A stretch of DNA of 64,000 nucleotides from assembly GCA_900019385.1 (NCBI GenBank), contig FIZJ01000007.1:2796-66795 (forward strand), written 5' to 3'. Shown piece by piece: positions 45,694 through 54,604 of the stretch. A program made the position numbers and the translations under genes. This stretch comes from an uncultured Clostridia bacterium. Its GTDB lineage: Bacteria > Bacillota > Limnochordia > Darwinibacteriales > DTU012. The first letter of the stretch is position 1. Every line of letters starts with the position of its first letter. Below the pieces are notes generated by a model that was not told the DNA's origin, did no database searches, and saw nothing but the letters and a program-made list of their open reading frames with translations.

Positions 45694-45725
45694 TTAAAGT
45701 CCGCTTCCGGCAGGAGCGGACTTTA
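45694..45725 (+). terminator. Terminator-like hairpin after substrate-binding protein gene 2
   Basis: TTAAAGTCCGCT…AGCGGACTTTAA stem. The AGTCCGC/GCGGACT core is shared with the terminator at 37066-37105. The trailing T-tract is weak. Confidence 0.4.
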
Positions 45726-45749
45726 ATGCTCAAAGAAGAGGGGATGAAG

Positions 45750-47774
45750 ATGAAGTACGGCGTTTCGTATTATCCGGAACACAAGGATCAGGCTGAAATC
45801 GGCCATGATATCGCCCTGATGAAAGAGTTGGGCGTCAATCTGGCGCGGATGGGCGAGTTCGCCTGGTGCAAGTTTGAACCCCGGGAAGGGGAGTATGACT
45901 TTGCCTGGCTTGACCCAGTGATCGAACAGCTGGGGGAGAACGGGATCCAGACCATTGTCTGCACTCCGACTGCCTGCCCTCCGGCTTGGCTTGTGGAAAA
46001 GCACCCGGAGATCCTTTATGTGGACAACCGGGGAGTGGCCAGGCCCTTTGGCGGCAGGCGGCATTATTGTTACAACAACCCGGTCTATCGAGAGTACTCC
46101 CGCAGGATTGCCGAGGCGGTGGCCGCCCACTATGGGGACAACCCCTACGTTTACGCCTTCCAGATTGACAATGAACTGGCTCAGGAGGGGACAGGCCGGT
46201 GCCGCTGCCCGGTGTGCCGGGAGAAATTCCAGAGATGGCTTGAGGCCAAGTATGGGACGATAACCGAGCTAAACAGGAGAATGGGCACAATCTTCTGGGG
46301 CCAGGTTTATGATCATTTCGGCCAGATCCATCCCCCGGTGAACACTATTGAACCTAACACCGCACAGGCCATCCCCGCTTACTTTGAGAACCCGTCGCTG
46401 CGCCTGGATTTCGAGCGTTTCTGCAGCGAGTCCAATATTGAGTATCAAAACATCCAAAGAGATGCGATCAAAGCATACACCGACAAGCCGACAACCACCA
46501 ACGCCACAGGTTTGGCCACCAACAGCATCGATTATTACAGAGCCTTTCAGAATCTGGATGTGTACGCTTTCGACTATTACCCCAACCTGCGAGAGGGCAT
46601 GATCAGTTCCTTCCCGTATGCCCATGCGCGAGGGGTTTGCAATAAGGACTTCTGGCTGCTGGAGTTCGTTTCCGGCGGCGGCCACGGACTCTGGGGTTCA
46701 GGCAGGCTGCAGCCGTACCCCGGCGCCCTGCGCCAGGCGGCCGTCCATGCCTTCGCCGCCGGAGCGGATTTGGTGGCGCATTTTCAGTTTAGGACCTTCC
46801 CGTTTGGGGCGGAACAGCTGAACTATGCCATCGTGGATATCGACGGGATCCCCAGGCGCCGGTTCTACGAAATGCAGGCCGCCGCCAAGGATCTGAGGCA
46901 GCTTGGCTTGACACTGAAGAATTCCTACTTTGAGAACGAAGTTGCCGTCTTGTTCGATTATGATTCACTGTGGGCGCTGAAGATCAAGCCCATCGCCAAG
47001 GATTTCGACTACGCGCATTTCTGCGGCGAGTTCTACCACCAGCTGACCAGGCTGGGTGTGGGAGTCGATGTGATCTCGTTCGATCACGATCTGGACAAAT
47101 ACAAGGTTGTGATCGTCCCAGCCCCCATGATTATGAGCGAAGCGTTCAAGCGGCGTTTGAAACAATACGTCTACAACGGAGGCGTTTTATTATCCACGTT
47201 TCTTGCGGGGGTGAAAAACCTGGACAATCTGGGGATCACCGAGTCCCTGCCTTGTGGGCTTACTGATCTGTTCGGGATCAGAGTCGGGGAAGTGGAACCG
47301 GTGGTGGAGAGCACAGCCGCCGCTGTCACCCTGGACACCGGCACCGGCTGTGCCCGGGGTATGAACAGGTACTGGGCGGAAACCCTCGAACCAAACGGGG
47401 CGGAGCTGATCGGCACATACACCGGCAACTTCCGGGAAGGTATCGGTGTTATCAGCAAAAACAGCTACGGCAAGGGCACAGCATATTACCTGGGCACAGG
47501 CCTGGAGCCGGATCTTCTGAAAACCCTCTTGAAGAGGGTTGTGGAGGAAGGCGGGGTTGCCGGGCTGCCGTTCGCGGTCCCAGAGGGTGTGGAAGTGCTT
47601 GTGCGGAAGTACAACCACCAAAATTTGTACTGCATCTTCAATTTCTGCAAAGAACCAGCGGCAGTGGAGCTTGAGCGAGCCTACCACGATGTCCTGCGGG
47701 GCGCTGCTGTCGATGGGCTGGCGGAACTGCCGCCGAAAGGGTATCTGTTCTTATTGGAGGAGGGATGGGATTGA
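45750..47774 (+). CDS. GH42 beta-galactosidase (YesZ/BgaB-like)
   Basis: YGVSYYPEH start. Cys cluster GRCRCPVCREK (GH42 Zn site). IDNE acid/base region. AGAGGGGA ribosome-binding site. Confidence 0.85.
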   Translation: MKYGVSYYPEHKDQAEIGHDIALMKELGVNLARMGEFAWCKFEPREGEYDFAWLDPVIEQLGENGIQTIVCTPTACPPAWLVEKHPEILYVDNRGVARPFGGRRHYCYNNPVYREYSRRIAEAVAAHYGDNPYVYAFQIDNELAQEGTGRCRCPVCREKFQRWLEAKYGTITELNRRMGTIFWGQVYDHFGQIHPPVNTIEPNTAQAIPAYFENPSLRLDFERFCSESNIEYQNIQRDAIKAYTDKPTTTNATGLATNSIDYYRAFQNLDVYAFDYYPNLREGMISSFPYAHARGVCNKDFWLLEFVSGGGHGLWGSGRLQPYPGALRQAAVHAFAAGADLVAHFQFRTFPFGAEQLNYAIVDIDGIPRRRFYEMQAAAKDLRQLGLTLKNSYFENEVAVLFDYDSLWALKIKPIAKDFDYAHFCGEFYHQLTRLGVGVDVISFDHDLDKYKVVIVPAPMIMSEAFKRRLKQYVYNGGVLLSTFLAGVKNLDNLGITESLPCGLTDLFGIRVGEVEPVVESTAAAVTLDTGTGCARGMNRYWAETLEPNGAELIGTYTGNFREGIGVISKNSYGKGTAYYLGTGLEPDLLKTLLKRVVEEGGVAGLPFAVPEGVEVLVRKYNHQNLYCIFNFCKEPAAVELERAYHDVLRGAAVDGLAELPPKGYLFLLEEGWD

Positions 47775-50488
47775 TGAAGCAAGCACTGATCCTGACTGGT
47801 GGGGAAGTTGGCAGAAGGATTGAGTTCGGCATCAGCCTGCTTGAGCAGGGACTGGCACAGGCGGGTTATGATGTGAGGCGGGAAACTCTCATCGATCAGT
47901 TCCACAGCTACCGCGGTTTCGACGGCGACAAGATTTACGTTGGCTGCAGAGGCCGGGATCCGTTCATCGCATGGCTCGAAGAACAGGAAGTGCTGCTTTA
48001 CCACGGCCCGGAGCCGGGCAAGGAAGGCTTCTACTTGGAATCCTGCCCAGGGCGGCTCACCGTGGTGGTTGGGGGAGATGATACCGGCACTGTTTACGGC
48101 TGCCGGGAACTGGCAGGCCGCATCGCCCGTGAAGGGTCGCTCCCCACGAACCTGGCCTTCTATGACGCGCCCGCGTTCAAACTGCGGGGACCCTGCCTGG
48201 GGCTGCAGAAAACTAAGATCGAGCCGCCGCGGCTGACGTATGAATACCCGATCACCCCGGATCGGTTCCCCTGGTTCTACGACAAAGAGCTGTGGCGTGT
48301 GTTCCTGGACCGTATGGTGGATTACCGCTGCAACGTGCTCTATTTGTGGAGCGGCCATCCTTTTTCTTCACTGGTCAAGCTCGAAGAGTACCCCGAAGCG
48401 CTGGAAGTCTCGGAAGAGGAGTACGAGCTCAACCGCGCCATGTTCCGCTGGCTGACGGAGGAATGCGACCGCCGGGGGATTTGGGTTGTGCTCAAATTCT
48501 ACAATATCCACATTCCGTACCCCTTTGCCGTAAAGCACGGCCTGGAACAGCGCCAGGCAAGGATTCACCCTTTGGTGGCCGATTACACCGCCAAATCGAT
48601 TGTTGAATTCATCAAATCTTTTCCCAACATTGGACTCATGGTTTGCCTGGGTGAAGCCCTCCGCGGTTACGACAACAAGACCGAATGGTTCGTCAAGACG
48701 ATCATCCCGGCGGTCAAGGAGGGCATGCGGCAAGCTGGGATTGGGGAAGAGCCGCCGATCATCCTCCGGGCTCACGACTGCGATCCTTTCGCTGCGATCG
48801 CAGGGGCCGAAGAGCTTTATTCCAACCTGTACACCATGTGGAAGTACAACGGCGAAAGCCTGACCACCTATTACCCCAGAGGCAGCTGGCAGAGGCAGCA
48901 CAAAGCATTGAGCGGGATGAAGTCGACGCACATCATCAATGTGCATGTTCTGGCCAATCTGGAGCCTTTCCGCTACAACGCCGTGAATTTTATTCAAAAA
49001 AGCATGCAGGCCGCCAAGTACCGACTGGGCGGCAACGGACTGCATTTGTACCCCCTCTTCTATTGGGACTGGCCTTACGCTCCGGACAAGGCTGAACCGA
49101 GAATGCTGCAGCTGGACCGGGACTGGATGTGGTACGAAGCCTGGTTCCGCTATGCCTGGAACCCGGAACGGGATGAAAAGGATGAGTCCCTGTATTGGAC
49201 GAAACGAGTGGGAGAGCATTACCAGATCGACAGCCAAGCCGCCGGACTCCTGGTGGAGGCGATGAACAGCGCCGGGCAGATCGCCCCGAAGATCCTGGGC
49301 AGGATCGGCATCACCGAAGGCAACCGCCAGACGTTCAGCCTGGGTATGACCTTAAGTCAGATCACCAATGTCAACCGCTATGGCCCCAACCGGGAGCTGT
49401 GGCATTCGGTGGCCAGAGCCGGAGAACAGCCCGATGACTACATCACGAAAGAACTGGCAGGCCGGCCCCATGTCGGTGAGACACCTTATGATATGATAGA
49501 AGAAGTGAAGGCCGACGCCGAGGCGGCTTTAAGCAAGTGCGAACAGGCTTTTGGCCTTATTAACGAACCCTGCTTGGAGCTCCGCCGCATCAAGAGCGAT
49601 ATTGAGGCGCTGTACCATCTGACCCGGTTTTATTGTTTCAAACTGGAAGCAGGTATGGAAGTCTTGAAGTACAAGTATACAATGGATGAACAGTTTAGGG
49701 GCGATTTTTCCCTCCTGGACAAAGCCGAAGGGCTGCTGGCCCAGAGCCTTGAGGCCTACAAAAAGCTTACGGCAATCACCGAGCGGACTTATCTTTATGC
49801 CAACAGCCTCCAGACCAGGCACCGCAAAATTCCGTTCCCCGACGGTGAGTTGTATGACCATTGGCGCCAGTGCCTGCCGGAATATGAACGGGAGTATGAG
49901 AACTTCCGCCGCAATATCGCCAGGCTCAAAGCAGGCGATCTGCCCCAGTTCGAGGCTGGTGCCCAATCATCCCTACCGGAAGCCCCGTTCAAGCTGTTGG
50001 GCAGCGACTGCGAGCTGTACAAGGTGGTGAAAGGGGAGAAACTCTTCACAGACGGGGATCAGATTATCTATGATGTGATTAAGCCCTTGGAAGGCCTCAC
50101 AGGCATCCGCATGGCCCATGCCCATGCCCGGAGCGCAGGGTGCAGCATCAAGATCGAACTGCCTGAGGACAGCCAGATTCTGATTGGGTATATCAAAGAA
50201 AGAGATCCAAAATGGCTGCAGGCGCCTGAATTGGAGACCAATGCCCACGCCGACGACCGGGGTGGTGTGAAAGTACGGTTCAAGAACGCAATCAACGCCA
50301 GCAGCTGCCCACCCATTGACATTCACGCTCTCCAGTATGAAAAGGGAGTCCACGAACTATACTTCGGCACAGGCAGCTATCTGGTCGTGGGAGTGATCCC
50401 CAAAGCCGCGAACCTCGACGCTTATGCCGGAAAGCACAAATACGACGGGCCGGAAACCCTCGATTGGCTGTACTACAGTCTAGACTAA
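47774..50488 (+). CDS. Large glycoside-hydrolase-like protein, family unassigned (architecture reminiscent of GH67/GH89/GH115: N-terminal alpha/beta domain + TIM barrel + helical C-terminus)
   Basis: About 904-aa ORF with a GGAGGAGGG ribosome-binding site. No signal peptide. Trp-rich. Located in the CAZyme operon. Confidence 0.35.
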   Translation: MKQALILTGGEVGRRIEFGISLLEQGLAQAGYDVRRETLIDQFHSYRGFDGDKIYVGCRGRDPFIAWLEEQEVLLYHGPEPGKEGFYLESCPGRLTVVVGGDDTGTVYGCRELAGRIAREGSLPTNLAFYDAPAFKLRGPCLGLQKTKIEPPRLTYEYPITPDRFPWFYDKELWRVFLDRMVDYRCNVLYLWSGHPFSSLVKLEEYPEALEVSEEEYELNRAMFRWLTEECDRRGIWVVLKFYNIHIPYPFAVKHGLEQRQARIHPLVADYTAKSIVEFIKSFPNIGLMVCLGEALRGYDNKTEWFVKTIIPAVKEGMRQAGIGEEPPIILRAHDCDPFAAIAGAEELYSNLYTMWKYNGESLTTYYPRGSWQRQHKALSGMKSTHIINVHVLANLEPFRYNAVNFIQKSMQAAKYRLGGNGLHLYPLFYWDWPYAPDKAEPRMLQLDRDWMWYEAWFRYAWNPERDEKDESLYWTKRVGEHYQIDSQAAGLLVEAMNSAGQIAPKILGRIGITEGNRQTFSLGMTLSQITNVNRYGPNRELWHSVARAGEQPDDYITKELAGRPHVGETPYDMIEEVKADAEAALSKCEQAFGLINEPCLELRRIKSDIEALYHLTRFYCFKLEAGMEVLKYKYTMDEQFRGDFSLLDKAEGLLAQSLEAYKKLTAITERTYLYANSLQTRHRKIPFPDGELYDHWRQCLPEYEREYENFRRNIARLKAGDLPQFEAGAQSSLPEAPFKLLGSDCELYKVVKGEKLFTDGDQIIYDVIKPLEGLTGIRMAHAHARSAGCSIKIELPEDSQILIGYIKERDPKWLQAPELETNAHADDRGGVKVRFKNAINASSCPPIDIHALQYEKGVHELYFGTGSYLVVGVIPKAANLDAYAGKHKYDGPETLDWLYYSLD

Positions 50489-50507
50489 CCATAGGAGGCA
50501 GTATGGG

Positions 50508-51653
50508 ATGACTTCAAAAGAAAGAGTGTTGAAAACCATCGCCCATCAGGAACCGGATCGTGTCCCGGTCGGGGAATGGGGCATCGATCACGACCATGTG
50601 AGCAAGATTATCGGCCGTCACACCTATTACCGCAACCGGAAAGATGAAACCATCGCGCTGTGGGAAGGGAGGCGGGACGAAGTTGTTCAAAGCTACAAGG
50701 AAGACTACGAAGAACTGGTGGAAAAGCTGGAGTACGATATCATCACCGTTGACTTGGTCCCTCCCAAGGGTTATGTCCATCCCGATCCGCCTCGAAAGGT
50801 AGGCGACGGAGTTTGGGAAGACTCCCGAGGCAGAATCTACAAGTATGCTGCCAGCAACGACTCGATTGTCTGTGTCGACAACCGGAGCCAGGGGAAAGAG
50901 GCAATCACCGAGGAAGACATCAAGCGGCGCTTCGAGAGGCTGGAGCAGCTTGACGACTCCATCTTTGAGCTGGTGGACTACTTTGGCGGCAAGTATGGGA
51001 AGGAAAAGGCGGTCTTGTTCCGCGGCATCGACATCTACGACACTCTGATGGGAATCTTCGGCGGCAGCCAGGAGCATCAGCTGATCCTGCCGCTGCTTGC
51101 CCCCGATGAGATCAAAAAGATGTACGATTATGCCATCGCCTACAACAAAAAGTTGATCGAACACTGCGCCAGGCACAATGTGCTCATCTGCATGCAGGGC
51201 AAAGACTTCGGCATGAACAACGCCACGATTATGTCCCCTACCGTGATCCGCGACATTTTCGTGCCCCTGATCAAACAGGTAAACGCCTTGACCGAAGCCC
51301 ACGGCATGATTCCGTTCTTCCACTGCTGCGGCAACATCTGGGCCATTCTCGACGATTTTGTGGCGGCAGGGTACAAAGGTTACCAGTCAATCCAGGAGAC
51401 AGCCGGTATGGACACCAGGCTGGTGAAGGAGAAATACGGCGATGTCCTCACCCTCTGGACCGGAATCCAGTGCGAGACTCTGGTTGAGGGCACCATGGAA
51501 CAGGCCGAGGAGGAAGTGCGCCAAAACCTGGAGTTCCTCATGCCCGGCGGCGGGTTCATTTTCGGCTCCACCAACTCGGTGCAGTATGGAGCCAAGACAG
51601 ACAACTACCTCAAAGCGCTGGAAGTGGTGCGGAAATACGGTGCATACCGCTGA
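50508..51653 (+). CDS. URO-D/MtaA-like family methyltransferase
   Basis: N-terminal KERVLKTIAHQEPDRVPV and the HCCG motif (FFHCCGNIWAILDDFVAAGYKGYQ) are typical of uroporphyrinogen-decarboxylase-family methylcobamide transferases. Confidence 0.75.
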   Translation: MTSKERVLKTIAHQEPDRVPVGEWGIDHDHVSKIIGRHTYYRNRKDETIALWEGRRDEVVQSYKEDYEELVEKLEYDIITVDLVPPKGYVHPDPPRKVGDGVWEDSRGRIYKYAASNDSIVCVDNRSQGKEAITEEDIKRRFERLEQLDDSIFELVDYFGGKYGKEKAVLFRGIDIYDTLMGIFGGSQEHQLILPLLAPDEIKKMYDYAIAYNKKLIEHCARHNVLICMQGKDFGMNNATIMSPTVIRDIFVPLIKQVNALTEAHGMIPFFHCCGNIWAILDDFVAAGYKGYQSIQETAGMDTRLVKEKYGDVLTLWTGIQCETLVEGTMEQAEEEVRQNLEFLMPGGGFIFGSTNSVQYGAKTDNYLKALEVVRKYGAYR

Positions 51654-51678
51654 TGCCGACGAATAGGGGGAATCGTCA

Positions 51679-52755
51679 ATGAAAGACAGGTTGACTCTGG
51701 GTGTCCTGGGTTTGGGAGAAGGCAGGAGCATTATTTCCGCCTGCCTTGCAAGCGACTTGTGGGAGTTGGGCAGCATCTGCGACATCGACGAAGAGGTGTG
51801 CCGCGCCAGGGCGGCTGAGTTTGGCTTGGACAAGTACACTACCTCATACCAAGATCTGCTTGATGACCCGGATATAGATGTGATCGGCATCTACACACCG
51901 GACCAACTGCATGGGCGGCATATCAGAATGGCGCTGGAAGCAGGCAAGCATGTGATCTGCACCAAACCGCTCCTTGTTGATCTGGGCGAAGCCAAAGAAC
52001 TCCTGGATGTGCAGCGGTGTACGGGGAAGGCGGTGTTTGTCGGCCAGAGTTCCCGCTATTTTGAGCCGATGATCAGGCAGCGCCGCGATTTCGAAGCTGG
52101 CCGCCACGGCGAACTTCTCACTTTGGAAACCCATTATGTGACCGATGCCCGCTGGTTTCTGCAGAAAAGCTGGAGCCGGACATCAGGCTTTTCCTGGCTG
52201 TACAATTTCATGAACCACGCTGTGGATCTGGCAGTGTGGTACCTGCCGGATGTCGAAGAAGTGTATGCCGCGGGGATTGTCAGTGAAAACAGCAAAGAGT
52301 GGAACTTGACTGTTCCCGACACGATCAAGGCTGTCCTCAAAAGCAGGCGGGGCATTTGCGCCGGTGTTTCCGGCATCTATGCCGCCCCCACCCTGGGAAG
52401 TGAGGTGGAGCAGTCGATCAGCTGCACATTGAGGGGCACCAAAGGGATCAGCCGGGCGGGATACCCCAAACTGAGGTATTATACGAATTTTGCGCCGGTC
52501 AAGAAGACGGCGGACCTCCACACATATGATCAACTGCACAGGTATTACTTCCGTTTTGAGGCGGAAACACACCATGCGGGAGAATACCAGAACTACATCG
52601 AAGATTTTGCCAGGTGCCTGGCGCAGGGCACAGCCCCCAAACCGGATCTGGAGGAGGGCATCCGCACCATCGCTGTTCTGGAGGCGATTGATGAATCAAT
52701 TAAGACCGGCAAGGTTGTCAAAGTGGATGATGTTTTGGCCAGGTATCTGATCTGA
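51679..52755 (+). CDS. Gfo/Idh/MocA-family NAD(P)-dependent oxidoreductase
   Basis: N-terminal Rossmann domain (LGVLGLGEGRS…) plus the C-terminal alpha/beta domain. 358 aa. Confidence 0.8.
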   Translation: MKDRLTLGVLGLGEGRSIISACLASDLWELGSICDIDEEVCRARAAEFGLDKYTTSYQDLLDDPDIDVIGIYTPDQLHGRHIRMALEAGKHVICTKPLLVDLGEAKELLDVQRCTGKAVFVGQSSRYFEPMIRQRRDFEAGRHGELLTLETHYVTDARWFLQKSWSRTSGFSWLYNFMNHAVDLAVWYLPDVEEVYAAGIVSENSKEWNLTVPDTIKAVLKSRRGICAGVSGIYAAPTLGSEVEQSISCTLRGTKGISRAGYPKLRYYTNFAPVKKTADLHTYDQLHRYYFRFEAETHHAGEYQNYIEDFARCLAQGTAPKPDLEEGIRTIAVLEAIDESIKTGKVVKVDDVLARYLI

Positions 52756-52779
52756 CCAGGATGGAAAAGGAGGGTCGCC

Positions 52780-54576
52780 ATGGAGGATCCAATCCGCTAC
52801 ATCGGCTTGGAGAAGGCGGATATCCGCTTTTATGACGGAGCGCTCCGGCACGCGGTGGGAGCCAAGCACTACCAGGTGGTGCGGGCGAACCGGGAACACC
52901 CGGAGTCACAAGAAGATTACGGTTGGACGTACAACCACGCTCCGATGCTTTGTTACTGGAATGAACATTTCTGGATCGAATACCTCAGCAATCCGGTGAG
53001 CGAGCACCTGCCGCCTTCCCACACCCTGTTGACCTGGTCCCGGGATGGGGAGACCTGGTCCAAGCCAGTTGTGATCTTTCCCCAATACGCGCTTCCGGAA
53101 GGGGTCTACACCGGCCCCAAAAAAGAACTGATCAAGCCCGGCGACACCGCTGTCATGCATCAGCGCATGGGTTTTTACGTTTCCCAAGAGGGCAGGCTGT
53201 TGGTGTTGGGTTTTTACGGGGTGTCGCCTGATGTTCACACCAGCCCCAACAACGGGTACGGCATCGCCCGGGTGGTGCGGGAGGTGTACCGGGATTTCAC
53301 CTTCTCGCCGGTTTATGTGATCCGCTACAACGAATCCGGTGGGTTTAGGCCCGAGCACGTGCCGTTTCCGTTTTACACAGCAAGCAGCGATCCGGGCTTT
53401 GTCAAGGCATGCGGCGAACTGCTGGCCAACAGATTGATCGTGCGCCAATGGTGGGAAGAGCAGCGCTTTGACACTGAACTCTTCCCCCAGCCGAGCCGGC
53501 AGGCGTTTTGCTTTTACACTCTGCCCGACGGCAGGGTGGCAGGGCTGTACAAAAACGCCCTGGTGAACTTCAGTTCCGATGGAGGAAAAACCTGGAGCGA
53601 TTTTGTCCGCTGCCGCACCATCGAGACTTCCACTGGCAAGATGTGGGGAGAAAAAACCAGCGACGGCAGGTACGCTCTGGTCTACAACCCTTCCACCGAC
53701 AGCATGCACCGCTGGCCCCTGGCAGTGGCGGCCAGCGACGACGGCATCAACTACGACAACCTCTTGGCGTTAACCTTTCATGTGCCGCCGACACGGTATG
53801 CCGGATGGGCCAAAAATCTGGGGCCTCAGTATGTGCGGGGTATCTGTGAAGGTTACCCGAAACCTGATGACGGGCATTTGTGGCTCACCTACAGCATGAA
53901 CAAAGAAGATATCTGGGTGTGCAAAGTGCCTGTGCCCATCACTGGAGAGGAAATAGAGCCGGTGGATGAGGATTTCACCGATGCAAGGCTTATTAAATGG
54001 AACATCTACTCGCCCAAATGGTGCCGGGTCTATGTCTGCCCTGCAGAAAAACGGCTGGTGCTCACTGACAGTGATCCATATGATCAAGCCATTGCCGAGC
54101 GGGTGTTCGTCAAATCGGCGGGTGTCACGGTGACAGCGCGGATCATTCCCGACAGTGTCGGCCTTGCCGGGCTGTATGTCGATCTCGCCGATGCCCGGGG
54201 TTCAGTCCCGGTGAGGTTGGTGTTCAAGCACGATCAGCGCCTGTACGTCAAAGGCAACGGTGTCTACCATGATCTGGGCAGGTTTGAGCTGGGTAAAGCC
54301 TATGATGTGACCATCAAGGCCGATTGCGCCGCCAACCAGTTCACTGTGGCCGCCGCATGCGGCGGAGAGATGCTTGTGAATAAAGCGTTCATGTTCAACG
54401 CTTCCGTTCATGCGCTGGAAAGGCTGGTGTTCCACACCAAGCGGCGGGTGAACTACTATGATCTAGAGGCGAACGGCAAGGACGGTTCCATGCCGGATCT
54501 GCCCGGCGCCGGCACACGCCGGCAGGAGACCAGATTCTCGATCGCGGTGGTCAAAACCGCGGATCACCGACTCTAG
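52780..54576 (+). CDS. BNR/Asp-box (sialidase-fold) glycoside-hydrolase-like protein, cytoplasmic
   Basis: Asp-box motifs (SRDGETWS, SSDGGKTWS). Six-bladed-propeller-like composition. No signal peptide. Confidence 0.5.
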   Translation: MEDPIRYIGLEKADIRFYDGALRHAVGAKHYQVVRANREHPESQEDYGWTYNHAPMLCYWNEHFWIEYLSNPVSEHLPPSHTLLTWSRDGETWSKPVVIFPQYALPEGVYTGPKKELIKPGDTAVMHQRMGFYVSQEGRLLVLGFYGVSPDVHTSPNNGYGIARVVREVYRDFTFSPVYVIRYNESGGFRPEHVPFPFYTASSDPGFVKACGELLANRLIVRQWWEEQRFDTELFPQPSRQAFCFYTLPDGRVAGLYKNALVNFSSDGGKTWSDFVRCRTIETSTGKMWGEKTSDGRYALVYNPSTDSMHRWPLAVAASDDGINYDNLLALTFHVPPTRYAGWAKNLGPQYVRGICEGYPKPDDGHLWLTYSMNKEDIWVCKVPVPITGEEIEPVDEDFTDARLIKWNIYSPKWCRVYVCPAEKRLVLTDSDPYDQAIAERVFVKSAGVTVTARIIPDSVGLAGLYVDLADARGSVPVRLVFKHDQRLYVKGNGVYHDLGRFELGKAYDVTIKADCAANQFTVAAACGGEMLVNKAFMFNASVHALERLVFHTKRRVNYYDLEANGKDGSMPDLPGAGTRRQETRFSIAVVKTADHRL

Positions 54577-54604
54577 GAAAAAGCGGGGGAGGTTTCAAGC
54601 AGTC

